Positions 35,289 to 47,209 of a DNA stretch of 56,310 nt are shown here, one piece after another (position 1 is the first letter of the stretch; each line of letters begins with the position of its first letter). The notes beneath the pieces are model-generated. The model saw only the letters and a program-made list of their open reading frames with translations, made no database searches and had not been told where the DNA came from. Origin of the DNA: Nemertoderma westbladi (Eukaryota > Animalia > Xenacoelomorpha); assembly GCA_032718475.1 (NCBI GenBank), contig JAUCBJ010000239.1:1-56310 (forward strand). The letters are read 5' to 3'. The position numbers and the translations under genes are program-made.

Positions 35289-36593
35289 TTAGTCTTTCTT
35301 GCGCGGACGGCGTTTACGCAGTTTTTTGAAGCTAGCAAGAGTCCTTTTCTCTTTGGGGCGAGCCACTTTACTAGGAGGGCTATAACTCCGGGGTGAAGGG
35401 TGCAATATGATTGCATCAGAAAGTATGGAATTGCGATCGGTATATCCGCCGGTCGAAGTACCGGGTTGATTAACATCAACGTCAGGGGAGAGGGGTCTAA
35501 TGGCTTTGAGAGCTCGTTTCAAGACAGCCGCTCTTACGGGTCCTTTACGAGTGGTCTGAACGAGGGCCGTGGGTGGACCATAGGCAGTTAGAAACTTCCT
35601 TGGTTTAATGGTTCTTTCCAACTCGCGTTCGCGGGCTTGGTACTCGTAAGGCCGTCGATATACTTCCTGTAACTCGATATGCGTGATTTCTGTTCGACAG
35701 AAGCGAATAGATAAGGATGGAACGCATAAATTCCTTCGTAAGCGCGTCCAGGATAATAGCGATGGCGCGAATCACGATGTAAATCAGCGTTCGCTTCCCA
35801 AGCTCTAATGTAACGTAGTACAATCATTTCATCTACGCTCTCTAAATCATGGTTAAAGGGACAATCAAAGCTGGCGTGTCCTTTTAATTGACAATGATGG
35901 CATTGAGTCATAAATTGAGGGCAAACCGCAAAAATGTGCAAATTATTAAATCTGCAATACGCGCAATAAATTTCCATCGCCGGTTGTTCGTGGAAATAGG
36001 AACAGCGGACGTTTGTGTCCATGGGCGTAACATGGTCTCTCGATGCGCATAACCGACAACGTTGCCGAGAAGCATAGTTGGCATGGCGATAATCGTACGC
36101 AGTGAGACACTGTGGACCTTGATACCATTCTAGGATGTAATCGTTGTCGCTGTTCCGAGCGCGATAGGCTGAATCTCCTCAGATTCTAAACATATTGGTT
36201 CGTCTTCCCAGTCTGTTACGAATATAATTTTCGTGATCTATTCTCGGTTTATCGTTACGACGCCGCTGGGTATGATATTTAAATAGAACCATTTCCCTTT
36301 CGGTGCCTACATCGTCCGTATCATGTAAATCGATAGGATGGCCGGTAGTTAAGAAGTCCATATACGTACCATTACGATGCGTATAGCGAGCGGTTAATTT
36401 TCGATAGTCCAATTCACGCGTAAGTTGCTCTTGGGACATCGGCGGTTCGATATCGTTAATCGATAAATAAACGACCATCGTCCTCCGTAATAGTCGGATC
36501 GGCTTCACCGCGTATCAAGCTATCCACAAACGCTTGTAAAGGTAGAGTATATCGCTCCCTGATACCAAGGTCATCTTCTATCAATTCCGTCAT
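35289..36593 (-). pseudogene. Second (3') ORF of element B with three CCHC-type zinc-knuckle motifs; disrupted
   Basis: ATG at 36593 (MTELIEDDLGIRERYTLPLQAF); frameshift near 36460; in-frame TGA 36179..36181; then CRLCASRDH, CAYCRFNNLHIFAVC, CHHCQLKGHASFDC; frameshift near 35600; basic tail KKLRKRRPRKKD. Confidence 0.72.
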
Positions 36594-38207
36594 ATCTGTT
36601 ATCTGAGTTTATTAATATCAATATGAGTTAATATTTTAGGCAAGCGGGCGTGGCTGCCTACTAGGCTTTGCCCCCGGACAGTGGGTTTCTCAGCGCCGAT
36701 GTACCGCTGTCGCAGTGTTTACGCCAACATGTAGCAATAGCACGACAACGATAACCGGCACAAGTCCCACCACTGTCCGTCCCAAAAGCTTGAATCCACT
36801 TGAGGTTATCTCGGTAGAGTTAGGGCTATTTTACAATTGCGATTAGCTACTGTAAACACACTTTAGTAGTAACATTCACCTATAAACGCACAAATTCCAT
36901 ACAATCATTACTTACTACACACATGCATGCCATTTGTCCGTTAGTCAGTGTCTTCCAGAATGTCACGTTATTACTATGTATCCTTGGATGCTAATAGTGC
37001 GCTATGTATACTCTTATGCTACGCAATGGGGCAAGCCTTTTATTGTTCTTTAACTTGCTTCTAATTCTAGCGTGGGTGTTGCCATGGTGACATTATGGAA
37101 AACTAGCGGTAGAATTAGGGCAATCCTCATGCATACAGATCTGGGATGTTATTTAATAGTAATTCTTTAATTGTCAATATCCTCTTTATGCATGATTTTA
37201 TAAATTTTATCGGCTATTGACTATATGCTGGAGATTCTCACACTCTAATACACTCAATATGAATCTCCGCTCCCATGATCTATTAATTACTGGAATTTTG
37301 GGAATGTTATAAATTGCACAAAATGACAATTTATGAAATTCATTTAAATATGAATTTAATTTATTCCCGTGAATTTTATTATTTGATGTTAAATTGACAT
37401 AAATTTTATTCCAGAGCATATCTGGGGACTCAGGATCCTTAATTCTGTAAAATTTGTCTTTCAAGAGTATCGGTAAGTGCTACGATATCTTAATCGACTA
37501 GAATTGTTAACGGATCTGAATTTTACAGATTTTAATAAATATTAAATTAATATTTAGGATGGGCACCAATTTATTCCAGAACTTGTCTGGGGACGTTAAC
37601 CACTGATTCTAGAATTTGTCTTTCAAGTATATCGGTGGGTGCCACGATATCTTAATCGACTAGAATTACAGATGGTCAAAAGTTTAACAGATTTATTTGC
37701 GATTGACGCTACTGTTAGAGGGACATCACGCTACTATATGTATTATTTGTTATAAGGTAGAAGAGCAATATCGCACGAAGCAATGTCAGTGTGAAGAGGC
37801 AAGTCGTTTCCAAGGTCTACCCAGAGCTTGGTTTAGCCGAGACACGAGGATCTGAACTTTGCATTCCTAATACTCTGCCTACCAATAATACTTAAATATA
37901 GTAGTGGCTTTATTGTACTTTAAGAAGTACTGACATGTCATCTTACTATAGTCTCGCATTTATAATATAATACGGACAGTAAGGAAAGAGAAAAGAATTA
38001 TTTCTCGCCGTCGCACTAGATATATTATGTAATTACGTAATAAACACTAATATATTGCACTAATCTACTAAATAATCTAAATAACATTCCACTAAATAAA
38101 ATTAAATAAAACGATTATAATAAAGTACACAATAATCCATACCTAAATATAAAATAATAATAAAAAAAATATAAAATAATATAGTCACACACCCACTCCA
38201 TATATAA

Positions 38208-41200
38208 TTACGTTATGGAGTCCCTAGATCTTTGTCGAATTAGGGAAGTGGTCGTAGGAAGAGTATCCTGCCTTCCATGGTTTCCGGACAGTTTTCGGTC
38301 TCTTTCCAGTAAACCTAAGCGACCAGCTGGGCGATTAGGCTGTCGTGTTACTTCCGCCGCTCCCTTGGCCTGTCTAATCTCCTCAGTGGTAAGATGAGGA
38401 GGCCATTCATCTTCTTCTTTACTTAGGGAGTCGGGTCCACCTAACCAGCCGGGAGTATCTATCCGTTCTTGAGGAGTTGCTCTTCTGGAATCGATGTCGG
38501 CTGGATTAATCGTCCCAAGACAATGTCTCCATTGATCTACATTGGAGTTAATATCGTCATTATCTGAGGAGTATGGTGTTCCCTCAGTTGGATCGTCCAC
38601 ATCACTGCTCTCCACTTCCCCCTTTACTTGGTATACCTGTTGTTGAGGTAATCTCTCTTTGAGAGTTCTACGGGAAGGGCCAGTGAAGTACCAACCTACT
38701 CTAGTTCTTACCGCATAGGTTTGTAGTGGCTGTGGTTGAGCAGGCCGTTTCTCTAATGGCTCGAGCGCCTCATGCGCGTTTTGGCCGATAAGTATTTGCA
38801 CTCCAGGATAATCTGTCTGGAATCGAGGTATCTTAAGATGTTGGACGCTCTCATCTTCGTCCCAATTATAAAGGTCTGCTTGAGTAGTAGCAAAGTTCTT
38901 TATAGCCACCATTTTTACTGACCTTACACCTTGTGTTCCTAACTTATCCTGGGGGGTGGACAACACACCTACATAGTAATCTGCCGTCAGGGTAGATTTC
39001 CAAACCTGCATAATTCCTGACATATTCAATTTAGTCCGGAACTTGGGTTGTCCAGCAAAGATATCTTCGGCTAGTTCTTGATCGATGAATGTTCCTGTGC
39101 TGCCGGAGTCAAGTAGGGCGTTCACTATGTAACTCTTGTTGGGACCATGAACTCGAACTTGCACTACAGGAAATTCTCTTATTCCTATGTTGGAAGTTGG
39201 AACTTTCCAAGATGGTTGTTTGTCAAAAGGAGTTGGAGTAAACTCGTCAGTGTCCTTTTCATCCGTAAGTGCTCGATACACTGTGGTATTTATTAGATAA
39301 CAGGATTCGTTGGCATCGGAGAATTCGTCTGTATAGAATCCTTCCCACTCAGAACCTTGGTCAGTGTCGTTCACATCACTGAATTGGACATGTAATTCGG
39401 GCTCACTTACCTGACTCGGGTTGTCTCGTTCGAACTCACTGTGTAACAAAATGTGATGTTTCGCGCCACACTTTGCACACTTTGCGTCGGAGTAACAGGT
39501 TCGCCGTTGGTGTCCTGATCTGAGGCAATTATAGCATAACCGCTTATTCCACAGGACTGTACGTCTGTCTACAGGGGATTTCTTTAGAAATTCAGCACAC
39601 GCACTCAAACGGTGAGGCCCGTCGCACAGCGCACATTTTGGTTTGATGTTACTTACTTTCACTTGCGTAGTTTGCTGCACTCTCGTTCTTTCTTCTGGCT
39701 TTCTCCCGCGCGTTCTGTTGGGAGACTGAGGAGGGGTCTTAGCAACTTGTTCTCTCCTATTATTGGTTCGAGCTTTGTATTTACTTACGTCCTGGGAGGT
39801 TTTGTCAATATAATAAGACCGTTCGGTGTCTTTCCCGCTGTCTTCGTCTTGGGAAACTTGGCTTTCGCCGTCATCAGTGTAACACACTGGTGTTACTCTT
39901 CTCCTGGAAGTGGGTTTCTCACTTACCTTATTTTCTGATGTTTTCTCTCTGGCTTGCTTGATGAGTTGTAGTCTGACTTCACCATCCAAGAACGACATGA
40001 GATCAGCCATGGTAGGGCTTCGTCGTTGTTGGTCATTCATGTACAACACCTTCTTGTCCCAGCGTGTACATACTCCACCCTTTGGTAAAGTAGAGACTAC
40101 GGCTCCAATAACCATGGAACTCTGGTATTCGTGCGACTTACCTAACCAGTCCAGTTGTCTACAGATCTCTTGTATTTCATCTGAAAATTCTATAATCCCA
40201 CTACTAAGGAAATGTCGGGGGGCTACCAATTTTGTATACAGATACTTAGCGATGTTGTCTTTATTACCATACCTGATGTTTAATGTATCCCAAACTTGTC
40301 TTAATCCATCTGGATGTCCAATAAACTTTAACGCCATTGACTTGGGGGGTCCTTCCAAACACTTGATGAGGAATCTAAGTTTCTCTCCATTAGATAGTAC
40401 AGAGTTCTGTATGCTATCTTTGTAATATTCGTTGAAAGGTAACCATTTCATCTCATCCCCATTGAATTTGACGATCTCTCCCACTTTGACCGCTTGGCGG
40501 GCTTCTGTTCTAGCCATCTGACGCGTAAAGCTTTCTTGGGCCATCGTGTTATTTAATATCGAATTATCGGTATCCAAATTTCTCGGATCATTATCAGGTC
40601 TATAGGGAATATCATTAATAACAGGTCTATAATCACCCTTAATAGGGTTTGCTATAGGAGTTTCAACTTCACTAGCAGTATAGATGCGTGTAGGCTCCAC
40701 ACCTTGCGCATGTAATACTTCAGACCTAACGGGTTGACACAATGTTACAGGAGGCATTGGTATGCCTTTTTGTATATTGACTAATTTGTCGCGTTCTAGC
40801 GCGATACTTTGCTGCACTTCTTGCAACTCTGCTCTACCTTCCCTCACTGTTCCCTTAAGTTGGTGGACAGTCTCCTGCATCTGTCCTAGCAGGAGATTCA
40901 TCCCCCGCCGTCCCTCTTCCACCCACTCAACCGCCGAAGCGGGAGTCGCCAACATAGTAGCGGGCTGACGCGGGACGACGGGAGACAAATTATTGATTTC
41001 TCTCTCTGCTATCTGGACAGGGGTATTTGCATGGACTGTTCCACCGGGTACAGGCAGTGTAGTGCTATGTAAAGGGAATTTAGAGTTAAGCTCTGGAAGT
41101 GTAGGGGTCTCTAGCACAGAAGTGACTTTGGGAACTACAGGCCTAATTATTTCAGGTTCATCGACTATAGTAGGGAGTCTTTTGACCTGGATAAATTGTT

Positions 41201-42848
41201 CTATGGGTCCTGCACTACCTAAATCCGTGCTAGTTAGCTGTCTTTTAACAGCTGGGGGCAAATCAGGCAATTTGCGACGGTAATAGGTTTTTCTACGCCT
41301 ACTTAGATGGGATCTATTTCCTCCGCCTTCAGGGTCGGTAGTATCGCCTTCCTCCGAGGATGTGTACCCCTGGCGCTTGGGAGTAGATTTTCTCATCATC
41401 TGCATTTGATTAGCAGTGAACTGTTTATTTATACTGTCTTGTGTCTCTTGCAGATTTTCCAACTCCAGTTGGGTAGTCTGCTCAGATGCTCTCCTTTCTA
41501 CTTCTGCCACTGCCTTCGCTGCCTTTCTTTCGGCTTCTGCTTCCGCCGCCTTTTTCTTTCTTTCGGCTTCTGCTTCTTTTCTTTCGGCTTCTGCTTCCGC
41601 TGCTCTTGCCTTTCTTTCGGCTTCTGCTTCTGCCATAACTGCCGCCATATCCGCCGCCTTTTGTTCCTCTATCCTTCTTTTCTTTATTTGTTCTTCTCGG
41701 ACTCTAGTGAGGCGGAGTTTTTCATCACATTCAGCTTGGTTTGCGGCTAACATTTCGGCATCGATCGCGTCCAATATAAGCTTGGTTCCTTCACTATTAG
41801 GGGAAAGTCCATGTAACCGTCTCCTCAACTCTTCGTCTCCTAGGAATCGCTGATAGTCGGACAAATAAATGTCGATAGCGTCTCTAGTTCGAGGTTTCTC
41901 GGCGGCCTCTTCGCTTTCCTCTTGAGCAAGGGTGACATCAGTTTGTTCATTGACATCAGTTGGTTCCTCATAGATTGATCTCTCAGCCAGCTGAGATTTC
42001 CACTGGGCTGTTTCCTGTACTTTGCGATCTACTCGATGTAGCCAAGTTTTGACAGCAACCTGCAGCGACGTGTCCTGTCTTCTTTTGGAAGTTTCCTCAA
42101 AGGCTGAGAGGATTAGTCGAATGCGTAGGGTTCTTTCGCGTATTTGATATAGCAGTTCTTCCTGCTCTTGAGGTCCGTGAGGTTGTCGAAACAGCTGCCC
42201 TTCCAATCGCTCCAAGGATTCGAAGAATCCCTGCACATATCCTGCTGCCGACCTCTTCCAAACAGCTGGATCCATTGTATCTTGAGCCACTCCCATCCTG
42301 TGTATATCTTCCCAAGTAGCCTCAGACAGGTCCAACGGGAGTCCGAGTCCGGGAAAGTTCCATTGTGATTCAACAATAGATATCAATTCTTCCCTGGCGT
42401 ATCCCGCGTAATCATCTTGGGTCGCTTGCTTATTCTTCGCCCAGTCGGCTTGATGTTCTTCCACCGCAATGAGTATAGTAGTCAGCACTGTAGCAGGAAG
42501 AGTAAGAAGGGGGTCTGAGTAGACTGTATCAGCCATCTGCACTCCATGTTCGGGAGTCAACTCTACAGTGTCCGAACTGCTGGAGCTATCTGGTCTCTGG
42601 GAAGTAGGTTCTTGACCAAGATGTTGCTGCGATAGGACAGCTGCCTCTTGGTCCCGTTTTACCTGTGCCCGAGTGCCTATGATGGACCTATGGTGGACTA
42701 GCCTAGGGTCTGATACTACTGGAGGGATGACCTTTTTTACAGTAGGAGGTGAGCCGAACTTCTCTATTATTCGCTCCACTCTCCTATCTGAATCACAGAT
42801 AGTGGTCTCGATCAGACTGTCCGACAGGTTTTGCTGAGTGTCAGACAT
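38208..42848 (-). CDS. Intact Gag-aspartic protease polyprotein (1546 aa) of element B, ending in Pol remnants
   Basis: Uninterrupted ORF: EAERKAA coiled-coil, BEL Gag core, CALCDGPHRLSAC / CYNCLRSGHQRRTC / CAKCGAKHHILLH, ALLDSGS protease, QWRHCLGTINPADIDSR...WLGGPDSL...EWP, RPAGRLGLLE. No YxDD or DDE domain. Confidence 0.93.
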   Translation of the reverse strand: MSDTQQNLSDSLIETTICDSDRRVERIIEKFGSPPTVKKVIPPVVSDPRLVHHRSIIGTRAQVKRDQEAAVLSQQHLGQEPTSQRPDSSSSSDTVELTPEHGVQMADTVYSDPLLTLPATVLTTILIAVEEHQADWAKNKQATQDDYAGYAREELISIVESQWNFPGLGLPLDLSEATWEDIHRMGVAQDTMDPAVWKRSAAGYVQGFFESLERLEGQLFRQPHGPQEQEELLYQIRERTLRIRLILSAFEETSKRRQDTSLQVAVKTWLHRVDRKVQETAQWKSQLAERSIYEEPTDVNEQTDVTLAQEESEEAAEKPRTRDAIDIYLSDYQRFLGDEELRRRLHGLSPNSEGTKLILDAIDAEMLAANQAECDEKLRLTRVREEQIKKRRIEEQKAADMAAVMAEAEAERKARAAEAEAERKEAEAERKKKAAEAEAERKAAKAVAEVERRASEQTTQLELENLQETQDSINKQFTANQMQMMRKSTPKRQGYTSSEEGDTTDPEGGGNRSHLSRRRKTYYRRKLPDLPPAVKRQLTSTDLGSAGPIEQFIQVKRLPTIVDEPEIIRPVVPKVTSVLETPTLPELNSKFPLHSTTLPVPGGTVHANTPVQIAEREINNLSPVVPRQPATMLATPASAVEWVEEGRRGMNLLLGQMQETVHQLKGTVREGRAELQEVQQSIALERDKLVNIQKGIPMPPVTLCQPVRSEVLHAQGVEPTRIYTASEVETPIANPIKGDYRPVINDIPYRPDNDPRNLDTDNSILNNTMAQESFTRQMARTEARQAVKVGEIVKFNGDEMKWLPFNEYYKDSIQNSVLSNGEKLRFLIKCLEGPPKSMALKFIGHPDGLRQVWDTLNIRYGNKDNIAKYLYTKLVAPRHFLSSGIIEFSDEIQEICRQLDWLGKSHEYQSSMVIGAVVSTLPKGGVCTRWDKKVLYMNDQQRRSPTMADLMSFLDGEVRLQLIKQAREKTSENKVSEKPTSRRRVTPVCYTDDGESQVSQDEDSGKDTERSYYIDKTSQDVSKYKARTNNRREQVAKTPPQSPNRTRGRKPEERTRVQQTTQVKVSNIKPKCALCDGPHRLSACAEFLKKSPVDRRTVLWNKRLCYNCLRSGHQRRTCYSDAKCAKCGAKHHILLHSEFERDNPSQVSEPELHVQFSDVNDTDQGSEWEGFYTDEFSDANESCYLINTTVYRALTDEKDTDEFTPTPFDKQPSWKVPTSNIGIREFPVVQVRVHGPNKSYIVNALLDSGSTGTFIDQELAEDIFAGQPKFRTKLNMSGIMQVWKSTLTADYYVGVLSTPQDKLGTQGVRSVKMVAIKNFATTQADLYNWDEDESVQHLKIPRFQTDYPGVQILIGQNAHEALEPLEKRPAQPQPLQTYAVRTRVGWYFTGPSRRTLKERLPQQQVYQVKGEVESSDVDDPTEGTPYSSDNDDINSNVDQWRHCLGTINPADIDSRRATPQERIDTPGWLGGPDSLSKEEDEWPPHLTTEEIRQAKGAAEVTRQPNRPAGRLGLLERDRKLSGNHGRQDTLPTTTSLIRQRSRDSIT

Positions 42849-44164
42849 GTTTAGTTATACAGTTGAATGTCTACTACTATAATTTCAGTTAAAGCAAATC
42901 TAGTAATTCAGTATAACCACAAGCCTAGCGATTTATTACCGGTACCGTTACTCAGTGGAACGTGATATATATACAATATATTAGAATACCGGTATGCTTA
43001 TAATATATAAGTATTATTACAGACTAGATTTGTCACAGAGTACCGGTATATAATTTTAGCACAAATATATATATATATAGTAGGCCTATAATGAATACCG
43101 GTATACAGCTTACACTTATAGTATATAAGTATAATTCTGAATTAGAATTAATTACAGAGTACCGGTATGATTTCAGCTCAAATTTATAGAAATAAATATA
43201 ATAAGCCTATGGTAAGTACCGGTATGTCAATTATTTTGAGAATAATTGAATTTCTGAATATTTTAGGGCTACTTGGTTATTTTAACTTACTTTGTTACCG
43301 TTGTTTAAGCAGTAGTCCAACTGATAGTGAGACCTAGTTTTGTATGACAGGCCTACTATTTATAAATCGTTTGAGTTGATTTATAATAGATATATACCCG
43401 TTTAAAAAGGGGTTTTGACAATATTTGAAATAAATGTTATTATTTCTGGGGGTCACTACACAGAAGCTGAGCGCTCTCAGTGAAGTGTTATTTATTTGAC
43501 ACTAAAACTGATAATTCTAATTTACCTAAGTTACTTAATACTACAAATTACTTACGATACGGGTGAGATTAATTCTCTAATTAAACACAACAAAATATTA
43601 CGGACGAAATTTTTAGGGTAATTTTACAGGAAGTCTACAAACCAGTCTAACAAAGGGTTAGATTTCTGGCTATTACAAAGGACAGGGTACTACGGTATTT
43701 AAATAATAAGTAGTAGTAAATATATTGTACTGTCCAGATAGGAAAATACCACCGCCTGACGACCTATAACCGTATCGCTATAGGTACAACGTTATGTATC
43801 ACGGATTGTTCCTACCCAGAAGTTAATAGAGCTAACGAAGGTGCCTATCAACCACTTTACAACACAAATATACTGCCTACACTAATTACTTCGGAAGGCA
43901 CTGTACTCTAAACCCTAAATTAGGTACAAGTACCGGTATAACAAATAATCAGTAGTTAAATATACTTGAACAGTTAAAAGAACCACGGCATCTGCTGGAG
44001 TGACCGAAGCACAAAGTCGTCAGTCTTTACCTACGCCAAGCAGCCCTGATGTAGTACCGGGGTTAGTTTAACTATAACGGTATGTATAACAAGCACAATT
44101 ACTGTAGGAATAAACTTGGGGACATGAATGTTGCGAATAATCGCATAAACTCTGAATAATAAAT

Positions 44165-44720
44165 ATTACGCTACCCGTACAGAATACTCAAACAAATACA
44201 AACCAAACGCTGGCGAACTACTATCAAGCCTAAACAAACTACTGTATGTGCAGATTCTGAAACTGTTAGTTAGTATGCGTGCTAACACGGTAGTACGACT
44301 TACTCTTTAAGAGGGGATTGACCTTACAGTGTTGACTGCCCCAACTTACTAACGGCGCTTGATCAGACCAACTCTACACACGCAGCAATCCCTTCAGACC
44401 CAAAAATAGCTAGACAACAATCCAGCCTACAAATATTTGAGTAATAACTATTACGGTACCTGAACAGACCACACAAACAAACACAGGCTAAAACACTGGC
44501 AGACTACGATCAAGCCTAAATAAACTACAGTATATGCAGACTCTGAAACTGTTAGTTAGTATGCGTGCTAACACGGTAGTACGACTTACTCTTTAAGAGG
44601 GGATTGACCTTACAGTGTTGACTGCCCCAACTTACTAACGGCACTTTATCAGACAAACTCTACACACGCCGTAATCTCTCCAAACCCAACCACAGTCAGA
44701 CAGCAGCTCAGCCTACAATT
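44165..44720 (-). repeat. Two ~286-bp direct repeats in the 5' leader of element B
   Basis: gttagttagtatgcgtgctaacacggtagtacgacttactc at 44265 and 44551. Confidence 0.88.
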
Positions 44721-45091
44721 ATCTGAACAATCTGAGCAGGGTCACACGCCTTCTGCTCAATATTAGCCTACTAGGAAATAAAACTGACAGAAATAAGTAA
44801 GCTCCAAAAGAAACAAGGGGTGTACAGTCCCTAATCTCTTAAACAGCCTACCGGTATACAATAATCAAAATCGAATAATACTAAAAGTACTTGTACAGCA
44901 GTACCGGTACCGGTGATGACAGTTAGGCCTACTGACCTACAAAGTACCGGTTCAGTTTTACCAGTCACTACGGTATTTTGCAACCTTATTGCCTACTGCA
45001 ATAAGATTGTAAACCGTTACTGTTCTCCAGAACAGTATTAAACTGTATTTAATGCCTACACTTGCAACCTTATTGCTTACTGCAATAAGAT

Positions 45092-45104
45092 TATAAACTG
45101 TTAC
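45092..45104 (-). promoter_or_regulatory. Non-tRNA primer-binding site of element B (GTAACAGTTTATA on minus), complementary to LTR 45858..45870
   Basis: Plus-strand TATAAACTGTTAC (45092..45104) and GTAACAGTTTATA (45858..45870) are exact reverse complements. Confidence 0.72.
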
Positions 45105-46371
45105 TGTTCGCGCTTTCGAAGACCTTTAGCAGTTTAACCTGCCAAAATTTATATGTCTTTTCGTTAATTAAAACCACTTTAGCATACGACAATAATTTAT
45201 GCTAATACGCAAAACATTAGCCGAAGTCAGCCCATGCGCGATCATTCACCCGATGGATCTACACCCGGGAGACTGAATTCGGATGCTTGAATTGTATTAT
45301 TACAGTGTAAGGTTGCAGTGTATACCTAATGTATTATTCGATAGATCGTTAATGATTAATCTCTGACAGATATTATTGGCTTTCGGGAAATATTAACAGT
45401 TCCTTTAGGACGTGGCGCTTTACCTATTTAAACAGAACTAAGACTTATACTAAACGCAACGATACTGCTGCTGATTAAAGTATAAAACGTATTCTTTAGG
45501 AAATACTTTGTTACCAATTACAATCATACACACTATTCTGCCGACAGTCAGTATATTTGATCACACATAAAGAGAGCAGTAATTGACTCGCGTAGGGTCT
45601 GCTAAATAACATTGGATTCAATACACACCACATTAATATAAATCGCAATTGTTATATATAGCCGGTCTCTCTAACCTGTAGTGTTATCAAGAAAATTGGG
45701 AATTGGGTGATTTATCCGTATTATCCAAATAGCAATATTTCCATCAACAAATATTTACAATTAATAACTGACGGTAAAATAACAGTACAAACCATATGAT
45801 TAATGCAAAAGTATCAAGATTAGTTAATGAGTATGATTATCAAGTTAAATTAGTTCGGTAACAGTTTATACTTTCGATAATTCAAGCAGTTCTGCAGTTC
45901 ACGGTACAGCAGTATTGGTTACAAAATGCCGGTGTTTCTGGCTTAGACAGCAATAACCACAAAAGTGACAACTCTCTCTCTCTCTCCAGTCCGAGCGAAC
46001 ACTCTCCATGATTTCCAGGAAAGCTACACGTCGACAGGAAAAATCGCCCTGATTGGCCCAAGCCAAACAAAGAACCACGCTGCCAATGGCTGTTTCCATG
46101 TCAGCAACCAGCTGCTAGATGTCGTAATATGAATCATCACGGCTAAGCTGTGAAAGGTGGTTTGTGTATTACAAGTTTTTGTCTTACCATGTCCGCTAAA
46201 ACACGTATATAGCAGAATGATTTTTATGTCCGTTAAAACACCTGTAAAGGTACCTTGCGGGCGAGGGGAATATATATACAGTTAGAAAACCTTTTTTAGA
46301 GTATTCCAGCGCCGGGGGGGGAACTGGCCAGCCAAGGCAAACGTATCAGTTATCCCACAAAAGCTTTTACA
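45105..46371 (-). repeat. 5' LTR of element B (1267 bp)
   Basis: Direct repeat of 33945..35211. Confidence 0.97.
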
Positions 46372-47209
46372 GTAACCCTGTAGCTAGACTTTGTTCTTAC
46401 TGTAGAGTACCACCCATGGCTATATTTTGTACTTAGAGTTGAGCTTTCTTGAATCTAAATTTTGTTCTTATAGTTCTGCATTTGGCTACATTTTGTTCAA
46501 TTTGTATTGATACATGAAACTACAGTCCCGTACTTATTTTAGAAGCAATTAATACCAAAATATCAAAAACTTATGGAGCACTTTAGAATTTTGAATTCAA
46601 AAATTTCCAACATGTGCGCAAGTGTGTTAGCTATATTGTATGTGATTATTTGTTATTATTGCGTTTACAGGTAATACTAACACCTGATTATGTGCTAGTT
46701 AACATGTTAGATAGCACGTATTAGCTAATAACAAAATGCGCACATGTATTACGTTCGCACTGCGCACTAAATAATTAAGGACGCACGATACGCCTTGGCT
46801 ATTATTTGATATATTTTGCGTGTTTTTTGTAAAAATTCGGACTTCTGGTGTTTTGCCTAATTGAGGATACCTTGTTTTCTAGGCAATACCCCGCAACTAT
46901 CGTATAGTTACGGGATAATACCAGAAAATGGTGTTCCCCTTTGTTTTGGCAAAACACCATAAGTCAGAATTTTTACAAAAAAACGCAATATATTTCAAAG
47001 GTAATTCTAAATCAAATTGAAAGTTTAGTTATATGAATTCTATATATATTTAGTTATTAAAAAACACAATAACAAGTAAACTGAGGCATCTCTCTAAAAA
47101 ATAAACAGTTTTTATCGATTATCTCAGAACTACAAAAATCGACTTAGGGGGTTCTGCCTTGAAGGTGACGATATTTACATCTATATTTACATCTACATTC
47201 AGGTTTCAT

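Larger units (their letters stand above)
33945..46371 (-). mobile_element. BEL/Pao-type LTR retrotransposon B, non-autonomous, 12,427 bp, TSD GTAAC, very recent insertion
   Basis: GTAAC at 33940..33944 and 46372..46376; 1267-bp LTRs with no difference found by eye; same PPT (ttttctgggagcgg on minus); intact 1546-aa ORF. Confidence 0.96.
32726..47170. mobile_element. Non-autonomous TIR DNA transposon (~2.0 kb without element B), TSD ATAT, Sola1-like (tentative)
   Basis: 37-bp perfect TIR CGTCACCTTCAAGGCAGAACCCCCTAAGTCGATTTTT at 32726..32762 and inverted at 47134..47170; ATAT on both sides; subterminal ggcagaacccc/ggcaaaacccc repeats. AWWT 4-bp targets are described for Sola1. Confidence 0.82.

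Noticed and set aside
18751-46371. Elements A and B as one inverted segmental duplication or assembly artefact
   Set aside because: They have different TSDs, LTR lengths and ORF2 middles and are substantially diverged, so they are independent insertions.
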